From: Candidatus Methylomirabilota bacterium
GTDB taxonomy: Bacteria > Acidobacteriota > Thermoanaerobaculia > Thermoanaerobaculales > Sulfomarinibacteraceae
Reading direction: 5' to 3'
NCBI GenBank assembly: GCA_035464095.1
Contig: DATHSO010000198.1
Coordinates: 12,071 to 76,070, forward strand
Length of the DNA stretch: 64,000 nucleotides
Below, one piece after another: positions 25,878 through 36,075 of this stretch; the first letter of the stretch is position 1, and each line of letters starts with the position of its first letter. Position numbers and translations under genes: made by a program. The notes beneath the pieces are model-generated. The model ran no database searches and was not told where the DNA came from. It was given only the letters and a program-made list of their open reading frames with translations.

Positions 25878-27240
25878 AAAATGCGAGCTGGACCATGGCG
25901 CGGATGCGGTAGTCGACCTGGTCGGGAGCCTCGGCGATGGGGGTCGGCTCGCCGTCGATGACGGCGTCGGGGTCGGCGGCGAACTCGCGCACCAGGCGCG
26001 ACACGTCGACGATGACCCTGTTGTTCCAACCGGGCAGGTAGACGCTGACCGCAGCGCTGAGCTCGGAGATTCTCGCCTCCAGAGCCGGAATCCACTCGTC
26101 GCCGGACTGGACCTCGGCAATGCCGAGACCGGAGTCGACCGCCCGCCGGTAGCTGGGGTCCTGCAGCCGCTCGATCTCGGCGTAGCGCGCCCGCAACTCC
26201 CAGGTGCCCGGAACGAAGAACCAGCCCAGGCTGGCCCGCCAGCCCTGCCGATCGAAGGTGCCCGCAAACTCCTTGTAGTCGAAGGACTCGGTACCCCACT
26301 CCAGGTCCGCCGACCAGCCCTGCCAGCGGGCGAGCACGGCGAGGTTGGCGCCCTCCTGGGCGAAGTCCGAGCTCTCGTCGGCCCGGTCCCGGTACAGCGA
26401 GCCGATCACCCCGAGCTTCAAGCGGTCGCTGCCCTGCACGTCGCCCACCACCCGCCAGTCGATCCAGCCCCAGGGGTGGTAGCCGATCCGAACGGAGGTC
26501 AGGTGCTGGTTGCCGAAGTTGGACAGCCCGGTGGTGCCCCGGCCCTGCCAGACGCCGAGCTGGTACTCGAAGGTGGCGGAGTCGGCCGAGCCCCGCCGGC
26601 CCTGCAGCTGGAGGCCCGTGGACCGGTAGAGGTTGAGGCCGCCGATGGCGAAGCCGGTGGACGCGAACGTGCTCAGGCCGAAGCGCTCGGTGCCGCCGCC
26701 CGGGTAGCGGGGGCCGGGCTCGGAGGCCCGGCCGAGGTCGATGTCGGTCTCGCCGTACATGACCGAGCGCTCGACCATGCCCAGCGACGCACCGGAGTTG
26801 AGCATCTCGAGGCCGTAGGCGATCTTGTTGCGGCCGACGCCGAGGCGGAGCAGGTCCGAAAACTCCCACTCGACCCAGAGGTCGTGGGCGTTGGTCTGCT
26901 GGCTCGGCTCGAGCTGGATGTGAACGTAGTAGGTGAGCCGCGGGCTCCCGGCGTGACCCGTGAAGTAGAGCCGGGCCCGGCGAATGTAGAAGTTCGAGTA
27001 GTCGTCCTCGTTGTACCTGATGGCGGGGTCGTAGTCGACATAGGTCCACCGGGTCTGCAACAGACCGTTGATGCGCAGGGAAAACGCGTCGTCGGCGCTG
27101 GCGAATCGGAAGCCCTTGTCGTAGCTCGCGAGGATCGGGTTGACCGGCTCGTCCGCTCCCCCGTCGTCAGCCGCCCCCACAGGAACGGCGATCAGAAGAA
27201 CAGTCAGGAAGGCCACCGCACGGCCCGCAGAAACCCGCAT
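25876..27240 (-). CDS. Outer-membrane phosphate-selective porin O/P family protein
   Basis: 454 aa with a signal peptide, alternating beta-strand pattern, an N-terminal block (LRINGLLQTRWTY, FYIRRARLYFTG) typical of OprO/OprP-like porins, and a C-terminal aromatic residue (...QLAF). Confidence 0.8.
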   Translation of the reverse strand: MRVSAGRAVAFLTVLLIAVPVGAADDGGADEPVNPILASYDKGFRFASADDAFSLRINGLLQTRWTYVDYDPAIRYNEDDYSNFYIRRARLYFTGHAGSPRLTYYVHIQLEPSQQTNAHDLWVEWEFSDLLRLGVGRNKIAYGLEMLNSGASLGMVERSVMYGETDIDLGRASEPGPRYPGGGTERFGLSTFASTGFAIGGLNLYRSTGLQLQGRRGSADSATFEYQLGVWQGRGTTGLSNFGNQHLTSVRIGYHPWGWIDWRVVGDVQGSDRLKLGVIGSLYRDRADESSDFAQEGANLAVLARWQGWSADLEWGTESFDYKEFAGTFDRQGWRASLGWFFVPGTWELRARYAEIERLQDPSYRRAVDSGLGIAEVQSGDEWIPALEARISELSAAVSVYLPGWNNRVIVDVSRLVREFAADPDAVIDGEPTPIAEAPDQVDYRIRAMVQLAF

Positions 27241-27335
27241 AGCTCCCCCTCGGCACCGAGTATATGGCGCTTGTCCGGGAATTCACAAGCCTCGAAGAGA
27301 GCGGCTTGGTGCGCGCCGTCCCGACCCCGTGGATG

Positions 27336-27410
27336 CCGTTCCCGTGACCGAGCTCGATCCCGTTCGCGACGAGACCGGTGACTCGGTGGCGGGATCGAGC
27401 TCGGGAACGG
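27336..27410 (-). terminator. Long hairpin downstream of the NtrC-like gene
   Basis: CCGAGCTCGATCCCG (27348-27362) pairs perfectly with CGGGATCGAGCTCGG (27390-27404). Flanking CCGTTCCCG/CGGGAACGG extends the stem. There is no clear U-tract. Confidence 0.4.
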
Positions 27411-27438
27411 GACTCGCGCCGAATCGGATCGGAGAAAC

Positions 27439-28818
27439 CTAGAAGTCGACCGAGATGTCCAGGTTCTTGATCTTCTCCCAGAGGGTCTTGCGGGAGATAC
27501 CGAGGAGCTCGGCCGCGTCGGCCCGGCGGCCGCTGGTCGAGATCAGGGCGGCCTTGATGGCCTCGGTCTCGGCCCGCTCCACGGCGTGCTGGAGAGGTTC
27601 GACCCTGGCCTGGCTGGGCTGCGGGCCCTTGCCCTCCTCACCCCGGATCGCGACCGGCAGCTCGTCGACGGTGACCTGGCGGCCGCGGCAGAACAGGACC
27701 GCCCGCTCCACCACGTTGCGCAGCTCGCGGACGTTGCCGGGCCAGGGGTGGGCCTCGAAGAGCTCGATGACCTCGTCCGAGAAGCCCTCGATATCGCGCT
27801 GGCGCTCGCGGGAGAACTCGGCGAGGAAGGCGTGGGCGAGCAGGGGGATGTCCTCGGCGCGCTCGCGCAGCGGCGGCAGGTGGATGGCCACGGTGTTGAC
27901 CCTGAAGTAGAGGTCCTCGCGGAAGCGACCGGCCTCGATCTCCTCCTCGAGAGGGCGCAGCGATGCCGACACGAAGCGGACGTCGACGTCGACGGGGCGG
28001 TTCGAACCGAGGCGCTCGATCTGCCGCTCCTGGAGCACCCGCAGCAGCTTGACCTGGAAGCTCATGGGCAGCTCACCGATCTCGTCCAGGAACAGGGTGC
28101 CGCTGCTGGCCGCCTCGAAGCGGCCGATCCGACGCTCGCTGGCGCCGGTGAAGGCGCCCTTCTCGTAGCCGAAGAGCTCGGACTCGATGAGGGACTCGGG
28201 CAGGGACGCGCAGCTTACCCGGATGTAGGGCTTGGCCCGCCGGGGCGAGTTGAAGTGGATCGCCGAGGCCACCATCTCCTTGCCGGTGCCGCTCTCGCCG
28301 TGGATCAGGACCGAGGCGTCGGAGTCGGCCACCAGCCGGATCAGGTCGAAGACCTCCTGCATGGGCTTGGAGCGGCCGATGATCGACGAGAAGGAGTGGC
28401 GCTGCTCGAGCTGCTCCTGGAGCCGGACGTTCTGCTCGCGCAGGATCCGCACCGAGCAGACGTTCGCGATGCGCACCACCAGCTGCGCCATGGAGAAGGG
28501 CTTGGTGATGAAGTCCGACGCGCCCTCGCGCATGGCCTCGACCGCCCGGTCCACGGTGCCGTGGGCGGTGATGATGAGCACCGTGGTCTCGGGCTGCAGG
28601 GCCTTGATGCGCTTGAGCAGCTCCATCCCGCCGAGGCGGGGCATGACGAGGTCGGTGAGCACCGTGTCGTGGAGGTGCTGCTCGAAGAGGGCGGCGCCCT
28701 TGACCCCGTCCTCGGCCACGTCGACCGTCCACCCCTCCTTGCGCAGAGCGTCCGCCATGGTGATCCGCAGCAGGGGTTCGTCCTCGACGATGAGCAGGCG
28801 ATGACCGCCGATCTTCAC
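27439..28818 (-). CDS. Sigma-54-dependent two-component response regulator (NtrC/AtoC class)
   Basis: Receiver (LLIVEDE...TDLVMP), AAA+ with GESGTGKE, canonical GAFTGA and LFLDEIGE, and a C-terminal Fis HTH. The GTG start overlaps the kinase stop. Confidence 0.93.
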   Translation of the reverse strand: MKIGGHRLLIVEDEPLLRITMADALRKEGWTVDVAEDGVKGAALFEQHLHDTVLTDLVMPRLGGMELLKRIKALQPETTVLIITAHGTVDRAVEAMREGASDFITKPFSMAQLVVRIANVCSVRILREQNVRLQEQLEQRHSFSSIIGRSKPMQEVFDLIRLVADSDASVLIHGESGTGKEMVASAIHFNSPRRAKPYIRVSCASLPESLIESELFGYEKGAFTGASERRIGRFEAASSGTLFLDEIGELPMSFQVKLLRVLQERQIERLGSNRPVDVDVRFVSASLRPLEEEIEAGRFREDLYFRVNTVAIHLPPLRERAEDIPLLAHAFLAEFSRERQRDIEGFSDEVIELFEAHPWPGNVRELRNVVERAVLFCRGRQVTVDELPVAIRGEEGKGPQPSQARVEPLQHAVERAETEAIKAALISTSGRRADAAELLGISRKTLWEKIKNLDISVDF

Positions 28819-30296
28819 GACACCTCCCCGCGCGGGGCGTCCTCGCCGGGCCTCGGCAGCTCGACCCTGAAGACGGTGCCGACGCCGAGGGTGGAGGTGA
28901 CCCCGATGGTGCCGCCGTGGGCGGCGACGATACTGTCGCTCACCGCGAGGCCGAGGCCGGTTCCCTCGCCCACCTCGCGGGTGGTGAAGAAGGGATCGAA
29001 GATCCGGTCCAGGACCTCCTCGGGGATTCCGGAGCCAGTGTCCCGCACCTCGGCCACCACCGCGTCGTCCCCGACCCGGGTCCGCAGCACGAGCTCGCCG
29101 CCGCGCGGCATCGCCTGCACGGCATTGAGGACGAGGTTGAGGAAAAGCTGCTCCATCTGGAAGTGGTCCGCCATCACGACCGCCCCGGTCTCGTCGAGGT
29201 CGAACCGGACCTCGACCCCGGATTGGCGCAACTGATAGCCTACCAGTTCCACCACGTGGCGGAGATTGTGGTTCAGGGAGGTTTCCTCGAGGCGCATCTC
29301 GCGTTGGCGCGAGAAGTTGAGGAGGGTGTTGACGGTGCGCTCGATGCGGTTGAGGCCGTCGACGATCAGGTCGAGGTAGCGCTCCCGGGCGGCGGCGTCG
29401 TCGGGGTCCGAGAGCATGTTCTCGACGCAGGCCAGCACCCCGGCGAGGGGGTTGTTGACCTCGTGCGCCACCCCCGCCGCGAGGGTCCCGACCGCCGCCA
29501 TCTTCTCGGTATGGGCGAGCTGGGCCCGCTGGACCTTCTCCCGATCGCGGGCCATCTCGAGCTCGTCCATCATGCGGTTGAAGGCGTCGGCGAGCTCGCC
29601 GACCTCGTCCCGGGTTCTCGCCGACGCCCGGACCGCGAGGTCGCCGAGGCCGGCCTGCTTCATGGTGCGGTTCAGGTTGAGGATGGGCCGGATCAGGGTC
29701 TCCACGTACACCGCCGTCAGCACCGAGTTGACCAGCATGAGGATGACGGCGGCGATCATGGCCTGTCGGGCCAGGTCCGCCACCCGCCGCTCGACCGGCG
29801 CGAGGGAGAAGCCGATCGCCAGGGAGCCCTTGAAGTCCGCCACCGTTCCGAGAGTGGTCCGGACCTCGAGCAACCGTTCGCCGTCGTCCCCCTCCCGCAG
29901 GGCGGTCAGCGGCGACCGGACCACCGCCGTGGGCCCGAGGGCGCGCGGGAAGAACCCGCCCGCGAGCCCGGGCTCGGTGGCGTGGAGCACCCGCCCGAGG
30001 GGGTCGCAGAGCACCACGTAGCGCATGAGGTCCTGGTTGCGGGCAATGATCTGGGCAATGCTCCGGTCGACGGCCTCGGCGACCCCCTCCCGGTCCGGAG
30101 CCCCGTTCTCGCCCATCATGGCGTTGGTGAGGAGGACCCCCATGGCGTCGGCGATGCTGCGCCCGCGCTGGTCGATGGCCTGGTTCTGCGAGCCCCGCTC
30201 GTGGACCATGGCGAACAGGGTCACGACGGTCATGGTCGCCGCGATCAGCGTGTTCGAGTAGAGGAAGAACCTCGCCCGAAGGCCGAGCCGGATCAC
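28815..30296 (-). CDS. Sensor histidine kinase (TM-sensor-HAMP-HisKA-HATPase)
   Basis: 493 aa with two TM segments flanking a periplasmic region of about 150 aa, HAMP (DEVGELADAFNRM), H-box (AGVAHEVNNPL), and N and G boxes (GTGLGLAV). Confidence 0.9.
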   Translation of the reverse strand: MIRLGLRARFFLYSNTLIAATMTVVTLFAMVHERGSQNQAIDQRGRSIADAMGVLLTNAMMGENGAPDREGVAEAVDRSIAQIIARNQDLMRYVVLCDPLGRVLHATEPGLAGGFFPRALGPTAVVRSPLTALREGDDGERLLEVRTTLGTVADFKGSLAIGFSLAPVERRVADLARQAMIAAVILMLVNSVLTAVYVETLIRPILNLNRTMKQAGLGDLAVRASARTRDEVGELADAFNRMMDELEMARDREKVQRAQLAHTEKMAAVGTLAAGVAHEVNNPLAGVLACVENMLSDPDDAAARERYLDLIVDGLNRIERTVNTLLNFSRQREMRLEETSLNHNLRHVVELVGYQLRQSGVEVRFDLDETGAVVMADHFQMEQLFLNLVLNAVQAMPRGGELVLRTRVGDDAVVAEVRDTGSGIPEEVLDRIFDPFFTTREVGEGTGLGLAVSDSIVAAHGGTIGVTSTLGVGTVFRVELPRPGEDAPRGEVS

Positions 30297-30365
30297 GGCC
30301 GGCCCCCGGCCGCGGCGGAGCTCCGCGGGGCCGTCGCGCCTCCCCGCCTCGATCCAGTCGACCGG

Positions 30366-32153
30366 TCAGCCACGTGACGAGGCGATCCCAGCCACCAGCT
30401 CACCGCACTCCATGCCCCGGTCGAAGGCCCGGACCCGGCGCCAGCCGCGTTCGCGGGCGCGGGAGGCGGTCGCCTCGCCGACGCAGAAGCTCCAGGTCGC
30501 CTCGGACCATCCGCCGCCGCTGCGCTCGTCGTCCAGCCAGTCGACCTCCGCCGGGCTGGTCACCACGCATCCGGTGACCGGCAGGGCCGCCATCACTACC
30601 CGGCACGCGGGGGTCACCGGGAACGGCACCGGCACCACGTCCGCCCCCGCCGCCTCGAGCCGACGGACCACGACCACGGCGGCGTCGGGCACCACCAGCC
30701 GATGCCCGGCCAGGGGCAGGCGGTCGAACCAGTTCAGAGCCGCGGCGTGGCGGACGGTCGGACCGATGGCGAACAGGGCGGGAGGCTCGAGCCCCGCCTC
30801 GGCGACCGCGGCGGGCAGCTCGGCGACGGTCGACACAACGTGCCGCTGGGCCGCGGTGGTGCCCTGCTGCACCATGGCGGCGGGGGTCTGGGGGCTCATC
30901 CCGGCCTCCAGCAGGCGTCGCACGACCTCGGGCAGGGCGGTCACCCCCATGTAGCCGACGATGGTGGCGTGCTCATCGCGGGCGAGCAGATCCCAGCGCA
31001 CCTGCGGTCCGTCCGACTTGATCGCCTCGTGGGCGGTGAGCAGGGTCAGGCGGACCGCCTCGCGACGGTGGGTCACTGGGATCCCGGCCCAGGCCAGAGC
31101 GGCGACTCCGGAGGTCACGCCCGGCACGACCTCGAAGGGCACCCCCGCCGCCTCGAGAACCTCAGCCTCCTCGCCCCCGCGGCCGAAGACATACGGGTCT
31201 CCGCCCTTGAGACGGACGACGCGGAGGTTCCGCCGGGCGAGGCGCACCAGCAGGGCGTTGATCTCCTCCTGAGGCATGGGGTGAACTCCGGCGTACTTGC
31301 CCACCGAATGGAGCTCGACCTCGGCGGCGAGATTGCAGGGCAGAGCCGCTTCCGCGAGCCGGTCGTAGACCACCGCATCGGCCTCCTCGAGCCGCTGACG
31401 ACCGCGCACCGTGAGCAGGCCGGGGCAGCCGGGCCCGGCCCCCACCAGCGACACGAAGCCGCGGTGCCGGGCACGATCACGACAGGCCGCGGTACCGGGA
31501 ACTCCAGCCGCCTCGTCCTCGAGATGGTCGACCGGCACCCCGAGCCAGTCCGCCTCCTCGGCGGCGGTCGGGACCCTGGCCCGCCAGCGGACCGAGTCCA
31601 CGGTCGCGGCGAAGAACCGGTCGAACAGGGACTCCTGAGCGTCGACGGGCAGGCCGAGGGCCCGAACCCGGTCGCGGAAGCGGCTCGCGGCCTCGACCCA
31701 CATGGCCCACTCGGGCCCGAAGCTGCGCTCCAGCAGCTGGCGCAGCCGCCGCACCGCGAACGGGGCCTCGCCGGCCGAACCGATGGCGAGCTGCAGGGGG
31801 CCGCGACGGACCCGGCCCGGCAAGTGGAAGGAGCACAGCTCGGGGTCGTCGGCCACGTTGGCCCAGACCCCGGCGCCGTCGGCGTCGGCGAAGACCCGAG
31901 CGTTGACCTCGCGGTCGTCGGTGGCGGCCACCACCAGGGCGTAGCCCGCCGCCTCGCCGGCGACGTACGGCCGGCGCTCCAGGGTCACTCGCCCGTCGTC
32001 GGCCATCCGCTCGAGCGGCTCCACCGCCTGGGGAGCCACGACCGTGACGCGGGCGCCCTCCTCGACCAGGCCCTGCGCCTTGCGCAGAGCGATCCCTCCA
32101 CCGCCCACCACCAGGCAGCGCCGGTCCCTGACGTCCAGCATCACGGGGTACAT
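30366..32153 (-). CDS. cysG: Siroheme synthase (precorrin-2 dehydrogenase/ferrochelatase plus uroporphyrinogen-III C-methyltransferase) with C-terminal HemD-like half domain
   Basis: 595 aa. N-terminal VVGGGGIALRK Rossmann fold, central GAGPGCPGLLTVRG...GGDPYVFGRGGEE methylase, and about 115 extra C-terminal residues resembling part of uroporphyrinogen-III synthase. Confidence 0.85.
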   Translation of the reverse strand: MYPVMLDVRDRRCLVVGGGGIALRKAQGLVEEGARVTVVAPQAVEPLERMADDGRVTLERRPYVAGEAAGYALVVAATDDREVNARVFADADGAGVWANVADDPELCSFHLPGRVRRGPLQLAIGSAGEAPFAVRRLRQLLERSFGPEWAMWVEAASRFRDRVRALGLPVDAQESLFDRFFAATVDSVRWRARVPTAAEEADWLGVPVDHLEDEAAGVPGTAACRDRARHRGFVSLVGAGPGCPGLLTVRGRQRLEEADAVVYDRLAEAALPCNLAAEVELHSVGKYAGVHPMPQEEINALLVRLARRNLRVVRLKGGDPYVFGRGGEEAEVLEAAGVPFEVVPGVTSGVAALAWAGIPVTHRREAVRLTLLTAHEAIKSDGPQVRWDLLARDEHATIVGYMGVTALPEVVRRLLEAGMSPQTPAAMVQQGTTAAQRHVVSTVAELPAAVAEAGLEPPALFAIGPTVRHAAALNWFDRLPLAGHRLVVPDAAVVVVRRLEAAGADVVPVPFPVTPACRVVMAALPVTGCVVTSPAEVDWLDDERSGGGWSEATWSFCVGEATASRARERGWRRVRAFDRGMECGELVAGIASSRG

Positions 32154-32271
32154 TCCGAGCGGTCCTCCCCGCGTCCGGTCGGCCGCCGGACGCACGCCGC
32201 GCAGTGTAGCACCCCGCCGCAGCACGCCCCTCGTTGCGTCAGGCATCGGCCCCGGGCAGAATGGGGGCCGC

Positions 32272-33153
32272 ATGAGCCCAGTCGCCGACGCCGCCGTCCC
32301 CGTGGTGATCTTCCTGATGATGACGGCGGTGGGCCACGGCCTGACCCCGAGCGAGCTCCGCCGGTCCGTGGTCGACCTCCGGGCGGTGGCGTCGGCGACG
32401 ATCGGCCAGGTGGTGCTGCTGCCGTTGGCCGCCACCGTGGTCGCCCTGCTCGTGGAACCGCCGCCTTCGGTCACCGCCGGGCTGGTCCTGGTCGCCGCCT
32501 GCCCGGGGGGGACCATCTCCAACTTCTACGCCCACCTGGCGCGGGCCAACACGGCCCTGTCGGTGACCCTCACCGCCGCGTCATGCCTGCTGGCCTTCGT
32601 CACGATTCCGGCCCTGGTGTCCGGCGGATTCTACTTCTGGCTCGACGACGTGCCTCGGATCGAGGTCCCCCCGGCCGCCCTGAGCCTGCAGCTCCTGGTG
32701 CTGGGAGCGCTGCCGATCATTCTCGGCATGGTGCTGCGGGCCTGGCGCCCCGCCGGCGTGGTGGTGCGGGACCGCCTGCTTCGCCAATGCAGCCTGGCCG
32801 GGCTGGTGGCGCTGGTCGCGTACGTGGTGACCGTTCAGTGGGGCGCCCTGGTGGCCGATCTGCCGGTGCTCGTGGCGGTCGCGGTGCTGTTCACCGCCCT
32901 CGCCATGGCCGCCGGGCTGGGTCTCGCCTGGGTCACCGGCCGACCGGCGGCCGACCGGCTGACCTACCTCATCGAGTTCCCGTGCCGCAACCTGTCTCTG
33001 GCAGTCGCGGTCGCCCTGACGGTCCTCCACCGGTCGGAGCTGCTGGCCTTCGCGGTCATTCTGCTGCTGGTCCAGGCGCTGGTCATGCTCACCCTGGTGG
33101 CGCTGCTCAGGCGCGACGCCGAGCACCGGTCGACCGGCGAGCGCGAAAGCTGA
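32272..33153 (+). CDS. Bile acid:sodium symporter (BASS/SBF-like) family permease
   Basis: 293 aa, polytopic. GLVLVAACPGGTISNF is the characteristic SBF motif. Confidence 0.8.
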   Translation: MSPVADAAVPVVIFLMMTAVGHGLTPSELRRSVVDLRAVASATIGQVVLLPLAATVVALLVEPPPSVTAGLVLVAACPGGTISNFYAHLARANTALSVTLTAASCLLAFVTIPALVSGGFYFWLDDVPRIEVPPAALSLQLLVLGALPIILGMVLRAWRPAGVVVRDRLLRQCSLAGLVALVAYVVTVQWGALVADLPVLVAVAVLFTALAMAAGLGLAWVTGRPAADRLTYLIEFPCRNLSLAVAVALTVLHRSELLAFAVILLLVQALVMLTLVALLRRDAEHRSTGERES

Positions 33154-33180
33154 AGCCGATCGCCCGCGTGGCCCGCGGAC

Positions 33181-34839
33181 TCAGGTCGCCCGGACCCGCC
33201 AGCTGACACCGCCGCCCAGGTAGCGCGCCTGGACGCCGCGGCCGGCGAGCCAGCGCACGATCTCCGCGGAGCGGGTCCCGTGGGCGCAGGTGACCAACAG
33301 GGGTCCGTCGGGTAGCTCGTCCGCCCGGCCGCGCAGCTCGCTCATCTCGACGGCGACCACCCGGCCCGCGTCGAGGGGCCGCTCGGAGCGCTCCTCCTCG
33401 GTCCTCACGTCGAGGACCGTTGCTCCCGAGAGGTCGGTGAGCGGCGCCACCGACTCGATCCCGTCGAGCTGGTTCTGGGCGGCACAGGCGAGCACGGTCA
33501 GGGGGTCGAGGGCCGGTGCGTAGGGCGGCGCGTAGGCGTGCTCCACGTTGACGAAGTCGTCGACCGTGGCGCGGCGCAGGATCAGCTGGGCGGCGACGTC
33601 GACGCGCTTCGCCACCTCGCCCCCCTCGCCGACGCCCTGGACGCCGAGGACCCTGCGGTCGGCGGGGTCGTAGACCATCCCGAGCAGGATGAGCCTCGCC
33701 TCCGGCCAGTAGTGGGCGCGATCCTCGGCGCTGACCCACACCGAGCGAACGCCCGAGCCGTCGGCTCCCAAACGCGCCGCCGTGCAGCCCACCGCCGCCA
33801 CGTTGAGGTCGAAGACCTTGACCGCGGCGGCCCCCGCCACGGGCCCGAAGGCGTCCTGGCCGCCGGCGAGCACGGTGCCGAGGGCCCGACCCTGGCGGTT
33901 GGCGAGGGAGCCGAGCGGCATGAAGGCCGGCCCGCCGGTGACCACGTGCCGGACCTCGACGCAGTCGCCGGCGGCCCAGATGTGGGGAACCGAGGTCGCG
34001 AGCCGCTCGTCGACCCGGATCGCGCGGGACGGTCCGAGGGCGACCCCGGCGGCCCGCGCCAACTCCACGCGGGGGCGGACCCCGACCGCCACCACCGCCA
34101 CGTCGGCCCGGACCTCGTGGCCGCCGGCGTGGAGGGTGACGCCCTCGTCGTCGGGCTCGAAGCGCTCCACCGGCGACCGCGTCAGGAGCCGGACGCCCTT
34201 GGCCTCCAGGTGCCGCGCCACCACCGCGCCGAGCTCGGGGTCGAGGATCTCGGGCAGCGGGGAGGCCGCCGCCTCGATGAGGGTCACGTCAGCGCCCCAC
34301 AGGGAGGCGAAGGCCTCGGCCACCTCGCAGCCCACCAGCCCGGCACCGACAACGGCGACCTCGCCGATCTCCCCGCGCATGAGCCCGACCTTGAGGGGCT
34401 TGACGTCGTCCCAGACGTGGAAGGTCCGGACCCGCTCGTGCTCCGGTTGACCCGGCAGGCGGCGCGGCTCGGCGCCGGTGGCGAGCACCAGCTCGTCCCA
34501 CTCGAGGGTCCGTTCCCCCTCGCGGCCCGCCATGGTCAAGGTCCGGGCCTCGGGATCGACGGCCACCGCGCGCCACGGCGCCAGGACCTCGACGCCCTTG
34601 GCGCCCCGGAAGAAGTCGGCGTCTCGCTCGATGCCGTAAGGGGTCCGGCGCAGGGCGGCGAGCTCCTCGATGTCGCCCGACAGCACGTACGGCATACCGC
34701 AGGCGCCGTAGGAGAAGACGTCGCCGGCCTCGACCACCGTGACCGGCCAGTCGGGCCTGAGGCGCCGGACCCGGCAGGCGCACCGAAGGCCGGCGGCGGA
34801 GCCGCCGACCACGACGATCTTCCGGCTGTTGACGGTCAT
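33181..34839 (-). CDS. CoA-disulfide/persulfide reductase-type FAD oxidoreductase fused to a rhodanese domain
   Basis: 552 aa. VVVGGSAAG FAD fold, active-site SYGACGMPY (CoADR/Nox-type single Cys), VAVVGAGLVGCE NAD(P)H fold, and a C-terminal rhodanese with CAHGTRS loop. Confidence 0.88.
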   Translation of the reverse strand: MTVNSRKIVVVGGSAAGLRCACRVRRLRPDWPVTVVEAGDVFSYGACGMPYVLSGDIEELAALRRTPYGIERDADFFRGAKGVEVLAPWRAVAVDPEARTLTMAGREGERTLEWDELVLATGAEPRRLPGQPEHERVRTFHVWDDVKPLKVGLMRGEIGEVAVVGAGLVGCEVAEAFASLWGADVTLIEAAASPLPEILDPELGAVVARHLEAKGVRLLTRSPVERFEPDDEGVTLHAGGHEVRADVAVVAVGVRPRVELARAAGVALGPSRAIRVDERLATSVPHIWAAGDCVEVRHVVTGGPAFMPLGSLANRQGRALGTVLAGGQDAFGPVAGAAAVKVFDLNVAAVGCTAARLGADGSGVRSVWVSAEDRAHYWPEARLILLGMVYDPADRRVLGVQGVGEGGEVAKRVDVAAQLILRRATVDDFVNVEHAYAPPYAPALDPLTVLACAAQNQLDGIESVAPLTDLSGATVLDVRTEEERSERPLDAGRVVAVEMSELRGRADELPDGPLLVTCAHGTRSAEIVRWLAGRGVQARYLGGGVSWRVRAT

Positions 34840-34860
34840 GAAACCTCCCCGAAGAACGAC

Positions 34861-34885
34861 GCTCCCGGCCGCGGGCGCCGGGAGC
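34861..34885 (-). terminator. Hairpin after dsrP
   Basis: GCTCCCGGC-7 nt-GCCGGGAGC (9-bp stem), followed on the minus strand by GTCGTTCTTC. Confidence 0.45.
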
Positions 34886-34917
34886 GGGATTGCTGATCGG
34901 TCACCAGGACCGGCCCC

Positions 34918-36075
34918 TCAGGCCTTGATCTGGCCTCGAACCTCGAGCGCGATCTTGTACAGGCCGGTCACGATGAGCAGGCCCATGGCGTAGATCGCGA
35001 GGCTGATCGTGAGCTCGGGGATGGTCGGCGTGTAGCTGACCACCTTGCCCAGCGGCGACGGCACGAAGCCGGCGATCACCATGCCCAGGCCCTTGTCGAT
35101 CCACAGCGAGCCGAAGACCGCGATGCAACCGATGATCAGGGTCGACTCGGCGCGTCGGGTGGTCGGGTTGATCAGGATGACCAGGGCGACGATGGCGAGG
35201 ATCACCGAAAGCCACATCCAGGGCGCCATGGTGGTGTTGCCCTCGATGCCGGTGAACAGGAACTCGAAGTGGTGGATGTGCTCGGGAATGTTGCTGTACA
35301 GGGCCGTGAAGACCTCCATGAGCACGAAGAAGACGTTGATGATCATGGCGTAGGTGACGATCTCGGCGAGCTTGTTGATCGCCTCCTTGCCGGGGTCGAA
35401 CTTGGTCAGTCGGCGCACCACGAAGGCGAGCAGAATGAGCAGCGCCGGGCCGGCGGCGAAGGCGGACGCCAGGAAGCGGGGGGCCAGGATCGCGGTCATC
35501 CAGAACGGACGGGCCGCGAGACCCGAGTAGAGGAACGCCGTCACGGTGTGGATCGAGACCGCCCAGGGGATCGACAGCAGGATGACGGGCTTGATCCAGC
35601 TTGGCGGCGGCTCGCCCCGGCGCTCGGAGCTCAGGGTGACCCGGCTGATGAGGATGTTGAGCACCAGGTAGCCGCCGAGGGCCACGGTGTCCCAGAACAT
35701 CATCGAGTGGGGGGTCGGGTAGAGGAAGACGTTGAAGATCCGGTCGGGACGGCCCATGTCGACGAAGATGAAGCTCATGCACATGATGACCGCCGCGATG
35801 GCGAGGAACTCGCCGAGGATGGTCATCTTGCCGAAGGCCTTGTAGTTGTGCAGGTAGTACGGCAGCACCACCATGACCGCCGACGCGGCGACGCCGACCA
35901 GGAAGGTGAACTGGGCGATGTAGAAGCCCCAGACCACGTCCCGGCTCAAGCCCGTGATGGTCAGGCCGACGTTGAGCTGCCAGAACCAGGCCGCCGCACC
36001 GGCGCCCATGATGGCCAGGAGGAAGAAGATCCAGATCCAGTACGTGCGAGTGCCCGTGAGCGCTTTCTCAAGCAT
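34918..36075 (-). CDS. dsrP: DsrP, NrfD/PsrC-family integral membrane quinone-interacting subunit
   Basis: 385 aa, about 10 TM helices, NrfD-like pattern. Last gene of the dsrMKJOP block; 8-nt overlap with dsrO. Confidence 0.9.
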   Translation of the reverse strand: MLEKALTGTRTYWIWIFFLLAIMGAGAAAWFWQLNVGLTITGLSRDVVWGFYIAQFTFLVGVAASAVMVVLPYYLHNYKAFGKMTILGEFLAIAAVIMCMSFIFVDMGRPDRIFNVFLYPTPHSMMFWDTVALGGYLVLNILISRVTLSSERRGEPPPSWIKPVILLSIPWAVSIHTVTAFLYSGLAARPFWMTAILAPRFLASAFAAGPALLILLAFVVRRLTKFDPGKEAINKLAEIVTYAMIINVFFVLMEVFTALYSNIPEHIHHFEFLFTGIEGNTTMAPWMWLSVILAIVALVILINPTTRRAESTLIIGCIAVFGSLWIDKGLGMVIAGFVPSPLGKVVSYTPTIPELTISLAIYAMGLLIVTGLYKIALEVRGQIKA

